DNA of 14,706 nt from Candidatus Tremblayella phenacoccinincola. Lineage in GTDB: Bacteria; Pseudomonadota; Gammaproteobacteria; Burkholderiales; Burkholderiaceae. Positions 9,019-14,706 of the stretch are shown here, one piece after another. The stretch lies in assembly GCF_002682985.1 (NCBI RefSeq), contig NZ_MKGN01000012.1:1-14706 (forward strand). The letters run 5' to 3'. A program made the position numbers and the translations under genes. Below the pieces are notes generated by a model. That model was not told where the DNA came from, searched no databases, and worked only from the letters and a program-made list of their open reading frames with translations. Position 1 is the first letter of the stretch. Each line of letters begins with the position of its first letter.

Positions 9019-10023
9019 ATGTTTAGTTTAAAAGATAGCTGTTTATTAAAACTAAGTGACTTATCTTATTTAGAGTTAGTATATATATTAAAGCTAGCTA
9101 GCTGTCTTAAAAAGGATAACCCCATAGCAAAAGGAAATAAGATCCTATATGATAAAAAGGTTGCTTTAATATTTGAAAAGGATTCTACTCGTACTCGATG
9201 TTCTTTTGAAGTAGCTTCTTTTGATTATGGTGCTAATATTACTTATTTAGGTCCTTTTGGAAACCAGATAACCCATAAAGAATCTATAAAAGACTCTGCT
9301 TGTTTTCTTAGTCGTATATATGATGCTATTGAATATCGCGGTCATAAACATAAAGCTATTAAAGTATTATCTAAACATTCTATAGTTCCTGTTATAAATG
9401 GTCTAACTGATAGCTTTCACCCAACTCAACTATTAGCAGACTTATTAACTATAAAAGAGTATTATAGCTATTATATGTTTAGTAAGGTTAGGATTGTATA
9501 TATAGGTGATGTTCGTAATAATGTATGTAACTCTATATTAGAAGCTTCATTATTAACTGGATTAACTATATATCTATTAGCTTTGAGAACCAGTTGGTCT
9601 TTGAAGTTCTATATATATAAGAGCCAGTTGTTATCTCAAAAAGCTGGAGGTAACGTATTTATTACTGAAGATGCTAGAGTAGGTATTAATAGTATTAACT
9701 ATATATATACTGATGTTTGGGTTTCTATGGGTGAAAGCAAAACTCTATGGAAAAGAAGGATCTTTTATATGCGTAGCTATCAAGTTAATATCTTGCTTTT
9801 ATTAAGAGCTAATAATATTAACGTTAAGTTCTTACATTGTTTACCTGCCTTTCATGATAATAAAACAACTATAGGTAAACACATTCAAAAAGCATATAGT
9901 TATATATATGGAATGGAAGTATCTAATGAAGCTTTTTATTCTATATATAGCTTAGTATTTGGACAGGCAGTAAATAGGATGTTTGCTATTAAGTCTTTAT
10001 TAGCTTCTATTGGTTTATATTAG
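9019..10023 (+). CDS. argF: ornithine carbamoyltransferase (ArgI/ArgF type)
   Basis: Aligns almost without gaps to E. coli ArgI. Shared motifs: ALIFEKDSTRTRCSFEVA, YLGP.G.QI.HKESIKD, NGLTDSFHPTQLLADLLT, YTDVWVSMGE, KFLHCLPAFHD. The ATG at 9019 has GGGGAG 7 nt upstream and gives 334 aa, the same as E. coli. The ORF-track ATG at 9004 is the alternative. Confidence 0.9.
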   Translation: MFSLKDSCLLKLSDLSYLELVYILKLASCLKKDNPIAKGNKILYDKKVALIFEKDSTRTRCSFEVASFDYGANITYLGPFGNQITHKESIKDSACFLSRIYDAIEYRGHKHKAIKVLSKHSIVPVINGLTDSFHPTQLLADLLTIKEYYSYYMFSKVRIVYIGDVRNNVCNSILEASLLTGLTIYLLALRTSWSLKFYIYKSQLLSQKAGGNVFITEDARVGINSINYIYTDVWVSMGESKTLWKRRIFYMRSYQVNILLLLRANNINVKFLHCLPAFHDNKTTIGKHIQKAYSYIYGMEVSNEAFYSIYSLVFGQAVNRMFAIKSLLASIGLY

Positions 10024-10961
10024 AACCTATTAAATAGCTTTGTACTCAGATATCTTTCACCAGAAGAAGGTAATATGATAACAGCTTTCCTTTTTATGGG
10101 TTGTTTATTATGTAGTTTTATTGCAGCTGCTATTACAGCCCCTGATGAAATACCAGCTATTATTCCTTCTTTATTAATTAGTAAGCGGGCGTTAAAGATA
10201 GCTTGTTTGCTTTTAACTTTAACTACCTTATTTATATAATAACTATCTAAACTATTTGGAATAAAACCAGCACCTATCCCTTGTATTTCGTGTTGGCTAG
10301 GACTGGGTTGTATATAGGTTATTGATTGACTTATTATTGGAGATTCAATTGGTTCTACTGCCACAATAGATATAGGAATTCCTTTTAGCTTTTTAAAGTA
10401 ACGACTTATTCCGGTTATTGTGCCTCCAGTCCCTACTCCAGAAATAAGCATAGCTATAGAATCTTTAGTGGAGTTCCATATTTCAAAGCTTGTTGTTGTT
10501 TCATGTGTTTTAAAGTTAGAAGGATTATTAAACTGATCTAATATTAGATACCTTTTTGGATTCCTTTTAATAAGCTTTTTAGTTTTATATATAGTACCTT
10601 TCATTCCTTTTATACCAGCTGTTAATATTAATTTAACACCTAATGCTTTTAGTAGCTTTTGTCTTTCTATACTCATTGATTCAGGCATTATTAGGACTAT
10701 CTTATAGTTGTATATAGCTGCTATATAGGCTAAAGCAATCCCAGTATTACCACTAGTTGGTTCCATTAGATTGATAGGGCTTTTAAGTATATTAGCTTGT
10801 TTAATATCTAAAAGCATAGACATTCCAATTCGACACTTTATGCTGAAGCTAGGGTTTTTTGATTCTATTTTAACTAATATGGTTTTAGGTTCTATATTAT
10901 TTAAATAGATTATAGGAGTATTTCCTATTGTTTTTGAGTTGCTTTTGTATAGCTTATACAT
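10020..10961 (-). CDS. cysK: cysteine synthase A (O-acetylserine sulfhydrylase)
   Basis: Collinear with E. coli CysK. Shared motifs: TIGNTP, ESKNPSFSIKCRIG (PLP lysine), EPTSGNTGIALA, MSIERQKLLKALG, GVGTGGTITG, ILPSSGERYLST. The start at 10961 (MYKLYKSNSKTIGNTP) matches the E. coli N-terminus; the ATG at 10985 is the alternative. The stop overlaps the argF stop by 4 nt. Confidence 0.9.
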   Translation of the reverse strand: MYKLYKSNSKTIGNTPIIYLNNIEPKTILVKIESKNPSFSIKCRIGMSMLLDIKQANILKSPINLMEPTSGNTGIALAYIAAIYNYKIVLIMPESMSIERQKLLKALGVKLILTAGIKGMKGTIYKTKKLIKRNPKRYLILDQFNNPSNFKTHETTTSFEIWNSTKDSIAMLISGVGTGGTITGISRYFKKLKGIPISIVAVEPIESPIISQSITYIQPSPSQHEIQGIGAGFIPNSLDSYYINKVVKVKSKQAIFNARLLINKEGIIAGISSGAVIAAAIKLHNKQPIKRKAVIILPSSGERYLSTKLFNRF

Positions 10962-10991
10962 TTCTTTTATAGGCTGTGTTAACATAATATC

Positions 10992-11255
10992 TTATGTTAA
11001 GTTAATCTTTTTAGATAAGGCTGTCTTGCATCGAGCAGCTTTGTGTTTATGGATTAAGCCTTTATTGGATTGCCTATCAATAATAGACTGCATTATAATA
11101 TACATACCTTTTGCTTCTTTTAGGTTTCCTATTAAAACAGCAGCTTTAATCTTTTTTATCAAGATACGTAGAGAAGCTTTCCTACTTATATTATTTAAGT
11201 GTTGTCTTTTTGGTTTAGATATTCTTTTAGTTGTTGCTTTAGTAGTTACCAACAT
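10992..11255 (-). CDS. rpsT: 30S ribosomal protein S20
   Basis: From the internal Met at 11255 the product is 87 aa, the same as E. coli S20. It carries IIDRQSNKGLIHKHKAARCK, matching E. coli [20 protein letters not shown]. A strong SD, AAGGAG, lies 5 nt upstream of that ATG. The ORF-track start at 11306 is probably an over-extension. Confidence 0.85.
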   Translation of the reverse strand: MLVTTKATTKRISKPKRQHLNNISRKASLRILIKKIKAAVLIGNLKEAKGMYIIMQSIIDRQSNKGLIHKHKAARCKTALSKKINLT

Positions 11256-11315
11256 AAGAACTCCTTTTATATGGTTAGCTTTTGATATTGTCTTTAGAAC
11301 CTGCAATAGGGGTGC

Positions 11316-11344
11316 TTGTTATGATATATGTTATGCTATATAAT
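11316..11344 (+). promoter_or_regulatory. candidate sigma70-type promoter for ileS (TTGTTA-N17-TATAAT)
   Basis: TTGTTA at 11316-11321, an exact 17-nt spacer, and a perfect TATAAT at 11339-11344, about 33 nt before the ileS ATG. The AT-rich context makes chance matches likely. Confidence 0.25.
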
Positions 11345-11376
11345 AAGAACCATATATTAACGTATATATAAACACT

Positions 11377-14235
11377 ATGTATAACTATATAAAGCCTCTT
11401 AACTTAAGCCTACCAACTACTAGCTTTCCGATGCGGGCTTGTTTAGTTGATGTTGAACCTAAGCTGATTAGCCGTTGGTATAATGAATATATATATAAAG
11501 CTATACGTTATACTAAAAAGACTAAAAAGGTTTATTATATACATGATGGTCCTCCGTACGCAAATGGTCAAATACATATTGGACATGCTGTTAATAAAAC
11601 ATTGAAAGACATTATTATTAAATCAAAAGAGTTAATGGGGTATAACTGCATATATATTCCAGGATGGGACTGCCATGGTTTACCAATAGAGATAAAGCTT
11701 GAATATATATTATATAAGCTAAGCATACAATATAATACTATCAGCTTTTACACATATTGTATAAAGTACGCATCAAAACAAGTATTCATTCAAAAAGAGT
11801 CCTTTATACGTTTAGGTGTTATTTGTGGTTGGGAAAGAGCGTATTTAACTATGTCTAATGCTGTAATATCTAATGCTATCCGCACTCTAAGTAAGGTTTC
11901 TAATAAGACATACCTATATAGAGATAATAAGCCAGTATATTGGTGCTTTAGATGTCTGTCGTCATTAGCAGAAGCTGAAATAGAATATCGTAGTCATCTA
12001 ACTAACTCTGTTTATATTCTATTTAAGACTATAGATACAAAAAAGATAGCATCTATATTTGGGTTATATAAGACTAATTCTAAATATAGTAATGAACCTA
12101 TTTCGTTAATAGCTTGGACAACCACTACTTGGAGTATACCAGCAAATCAAGCAGTTGCTGTCAATCCTAATATTGTATACCAGCTAATCAAAACAGAAAC
12201 TAGCTATTATATACTAGCTTCTTGTTTAGCATATAATACCATGAAAAAGCTGAACATAGTTAGTTGGGTTCTAATAGGTAGTGTAAAAGGTAACCACTTA
12301 GAATCTATAAGGACTTATCATCCAATCAAAAGTAGCATTGTTCCAGTTGTTCTTAGTGAATACGTAACAGCTGATGTTGGGACTGGTTTAGTTCATATTG
12401 CGTCCGCACATGGATTAGAAGACTATTATATAGGTAAAAGATATGCTCTTAATAGAATATCTATAGTTAGTGAGCAAGGCAGTTATATAATAGATAGCTG
12501 TTTATTAGATAGTTGCTATATTTTACATGGGTTATCCATATATAAACCTAACTCTAAGGCTACTAATAATATAGAAGCTTTATTAGTTAATAATAGTTCC
12601 TTATTATATATGGATTCTATAGCACATGATTATCCTTATTGTTGGCGCCATAAAGAGGCAGTAATATATCGAACTACTCCTCAATGGTTTATTAAGACAA
12701 ATAGCATTAGCTTAGTAAAAAGAACTATACATAGCATTAATAATATCAGTTGGGTTCCTAAATGGGGTCAAGAACGAATGGGGTCTATGATAGTAAACCG
12801 GCCAGACTGGTGTATTTCTAGACAACGTAGTTGGGGAACCCCTATACCAATATATACACATAGTAAACCAAATGATATACATCCTCGTACTTCTGAACTA
12901 TTAGATAAAGCAGCTATCTTAACTGAAATATATGGCATTGAAGCTTGGCATATGGTTGATAGGAGCTTAGGTAATAACATGCACATGCACATGCATCCAA
13001 CTATAAGCCACTATAATAAATGTAGTTCTATATTAGACGTATGGTTTGAGTCTGGAGCTGCATATTATTATTTGATTGGAAAGCTAAGTCTTAAGTTTGG
13101 GGTTAAGCTGCCTGACTTATGTTTAGAGGGGTCTGACCAATATCGAGGTTGGTTTATGGTTCTTTTAATATTAGCTAACATAATAACTGAAGACTTACCA
13201 TATCGAGAATCATTAACGCATGGATTTGTTGTAGATGCTGACGGGTTTAAAATGTCTAAGTCTATTGGAAACGTTATTAACCCATTGAGTCTAATTGAAG
13301 TCTATGGTGCTGATGTATTTCGTATATGGGTTTCTTTAAATGACTTTACTAAAGAAGTTCAGGTATCTGAAGAAGCTATTAAACGGTCTTCTGATATATA
13401 TCGACGTATTCGTAATACTATTAGGTTTTTATTAGCTAGCTTAACTGGGTTCCATTCAAAAAGATCTGCTATCTCTTTTAAAGATATGTTAGAATTGGAT
13501 AGGTGGCTAATAAGCTGCGCCTATAGGGTTCAAAAAGATATAATAGATGCTTACAATAGATATCTGTTTCATATTGTTATTAAGCGTGTTATGCAATATT
13601 GTTCAATAGAGTTAGGAGCATATTATATAGATATAGTTAAAGATCGTAGCTATACTGCTAGTGTTAAAAGTAATGCGCATATGAGTTGTCTGACAGCTAT
13701 ATATCATATATTAGAAGCAATGGTTCTTTGGGTTTCTCCTATAGTATCTTTTACTGCATATGAGATATGTGGCTATAAGTATGGGGAAAGAGATAGCTAT
13801 ATATATTCTGAAGAGTGGCACAGCTGTTTATCTTTTGCTAGTTTAAATATGGATAAACCTTATTGGAATATAATGATGTATGTTCGAAGTGAAGCTAACA
13901 AAGTTATTGAGTTAGAGCGGTTACGGGGTCTTATTGGTAGTTCTTTAGAAGTATGTGCGGCTCTGTATGTAGATGATGGGTTAGCTTTTAAACTACTTAA
14001 GTTAGGAAATGAGTTACCTTTTTTGTTGTTGGTTTCTGAGACAATAATATTAAACTATAATGAAGCTGATAAGGTTGCAGTTCAAAACAATATAGCTGAG
14101 GTTCTAAAGGTATCTATTAAGAAAGCTAGTGGAATAAGATGTTTTAGGTGTTGGCATTATACTTCAGAATCTAATATATGCAATAGGTGTGTTTCTAATC
14201 TTATTGGTGTTGGAGAAAGACGCTTGTCCATATAG
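11377..14235 (+). CDS. ileS: isoleucine--tRNA ligase (class I, type 1)
   Basis: 952 aa, collinear with E. coli IleS. Shared motifs: PPYANGQIHIGH (HIGH), GWDCHGLPIE, editing-domain TTTTWSIPAN, YPYCWRHK, NRPDWCISRQR.WG.P, LDVWFESG, LEGSDQYRGWF, FKMSKSIGN (KMSKS). C-terminal zinc motif CFRCWHY...CNRC. Confidence 0.95.
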   Translation: MYNYIKPLNLSLPTTSFPMRACLVDVEPKLISRWYNEYIYKAIRYTKKTKKVYYIHDGPPYANGQIHIGHAVNKTLKDIIIKSKELMGYNCIYIPGWDCHGLPIEIKLEYILYKLSIQYNTISFYTYCIKYASKQVFIQKESFIRLGVICGWERAYLTMSNAVISNAIRTLSKVSNKTYLYRDNKPVYWCFRCLSSLAEAEIEYRSHLTNSVYILFKTIDTKKIASIFGLYKTNSKYSNEPISLIAWTTTTWSIPANQAVAVNPNIVYQLIKTETSYYILASCLAYNTMKKLNIVSWVLIGSVKGNHLESIRTYHPIKSSIVPVVLSEYVTADVGTGLVHIASAHGLEDYYIGKRYALNRISIVSEQGSYIIDSCLLDSCYILHGLSIYKPNSKATNNIEALLVNNSSLLYMDSIAHDYPYCWRHKEAVIYRTTPQWFIKTNSISLVKRTIHSINNISWVPKWGQERMGSMIVNRPDWCISRQRSWGTPIPIYTHSKPNDIHPRTSELLDKAAILTEIYGIEAWHMVDRSLGNNMHMHMHPTISHYNKCSSILDVWFESGAAYYYLIGKLSLKFGVKLPDLCLEGSDQYRGWFMVLLILANIITEDLPYRESLTHGFVVDADGFKMSKSIGNVINPLSLIEVYGADVFRIWVSLNDFTKEVQVSEEAIKRSSDIYRRIRNTIRFLLASLTGFHSKRSAISFKDMLELDRWLISCAYRVQKDIIDAYNRYLFHIVIKRVMQYCSIELGAYYIDIVKDRSYTASVKSNAHMSCLTAIYHILEAMVLWVSPIVSFTAYEICGYKYGERDSYIYSEEWHSCLSFASLNMDKPYWNIMMYVRSEANKVIELERLRGLIGSSLEVCAALYVDDGLAFKLLKLGNELPFLLLVSETIILNYNEADKVAVQNNIAEVLKVSIKKASGIRCFRCWHYTSESNICNRCVSNLIGVGERRLSI
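12978..12996. repeat. hexanucleotide microsatellite (CATGCA)3 inside ileS
   Basis: Read directly: catgcacatgcacatgcat. It encodes MHMHMH in frame, within the variable segment just upstream of LDVWFESG. Confidence 0.9.
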
Positions 14236-14420
14236 AACCGTATGTTGAAAGCATCCAACCTAATATTAACTCTGTTCTAGGGGGGTGTGATATCTGAACA
14301 TGCTAGAAGTATTGGAGGTATCGGATGGTTCTTGTGAATACATCTATAGCGTAGCGCCAACACCCAGTTAATCTTATGTTAGCTGTTATATATAGACTAA
14401 ACTAACAGCTGTCTCAATAG

Positions 14421-14690
14421 ATATACTTAATCATTGTAGTTACCTTTTTTATACGACTTAGTAGGAGTTCTTTATTAAATATGGTTATGACTTGAGATAT
14501 GCCTGGTGATTCAGCTTTTCCTAATATACATATTCTTAATAGCATAGCTATATTACATACAGTTATATTTAGGCTTATAGATATCTTTTGTATTAGAACA
14601 GCTATTATAGATATGGTCCAACCTTTTGTTAATGCTAGCTCTTTATATATGGGTTCTATGGTAGCTAAAGAATCCATTGTTTCTAAGTAG
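14421..14690 (+). pseudogene. lspA: possible decayed relic of lipoprotein signal peptidase
   Basis: One + frame reads IYLIIVVTFFIRLSRSSLLNMVMT*DMPGDSAFPNIHILNSIAILHTVIFRLIDIFCIRTAIIDMVQPFVNASSLYMGSMVA. Its segments are collinear with E. coli LspA: LVVVVLIIDLGSKYLIL, GAAFSF, NNIAYAL, NLFDRL, VVDMIDFY, FNLAD. There is an in-frame TGA at 14493-14495, large internal deletions, and both catalytic Asp positions are replaced. The position directly after ileS matches the conserved ileS-lspA synteny. The similarity is weak and judged by eye. Confidence 0.35.
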
Positions 14691-14706
14691 TACATATATT
14701 CTGATA

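Noticed and set aside
14381-14410. Perfect 8-bp inverted repeat AGCTGTTA...TAACAGCT with a 14-nt loop, considered as a terminator for ileS or the minus ORF
   Set aside because: The stem is AT-rich, the loop is large, and neither strand has a following T/U tract. It also lies about 145 nt from the ileS stop. This is not convincing as an intrinsic terminator.
14414-14695. 93-aa minus-strand ORF reported as a CDS
   Set aside because: It has no recognisable family and is the exact antisense of the LspA-like frame. It is kept only as an alternative hypothesis, because it is open to the window edge and could belong to a longer gene.

Overview
This window looks like compact, AT-rich DNA from a reduced-genome proteobacterium, probably an insect nutritional endosymbiont (inference from gene content). 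It carries only housekeeping and amino-acid-biosynthesis genes. In order: tRNA-Leu(GAG) and initiator tRNA-fMet (+), thrB (-), trpE-trpG (+, ATGA-coupled), an unassignable 335-aa ORF (-), rpmF (-, absent from the ORF track), an RluC-like pseudouridine synthase (-), tRNA-Ser(GGA) (-), ligA (-), grpE (-), a 650-bp repeat-rich spacer, argF (+), cysK (-), rpsT (-), ileS (+), and what I read as a decayed lspA relic (+). I see no CRISPR array, transposase, integrase, phage, toxin-antitoxin or defence genes, and no convincing novel multi-gene system. Six things deserve a second look. (1) Base composition and codon usage break abruptly at about 6060-6080, from roughly 40% GC on the left to roughly 30% on the right. 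The break coincides with a ligA that has lost its BRCT domain. The left block carries non-enteric-type genes and the right block E. coli-like ones, which could mean mosaic ancestry. (2) The orphan ORF carries two in-frame hexanucleotide microsatellites. (3) The same (CATGCA)n repeat encodes MHMHM in both the orphan ORF and ileS. (4) The grpE/argF spacer holds a five-unit 24-bp tandem array. (5) A 3-codon uORF precedes trpE, behind a Shine-Dalgarno context identical to that of grpE. (6) Several gene overlaps and gene relics reflect genome erosion. All homology calls rest on by-eye alignment to remembered reference proteins; no searches were run.
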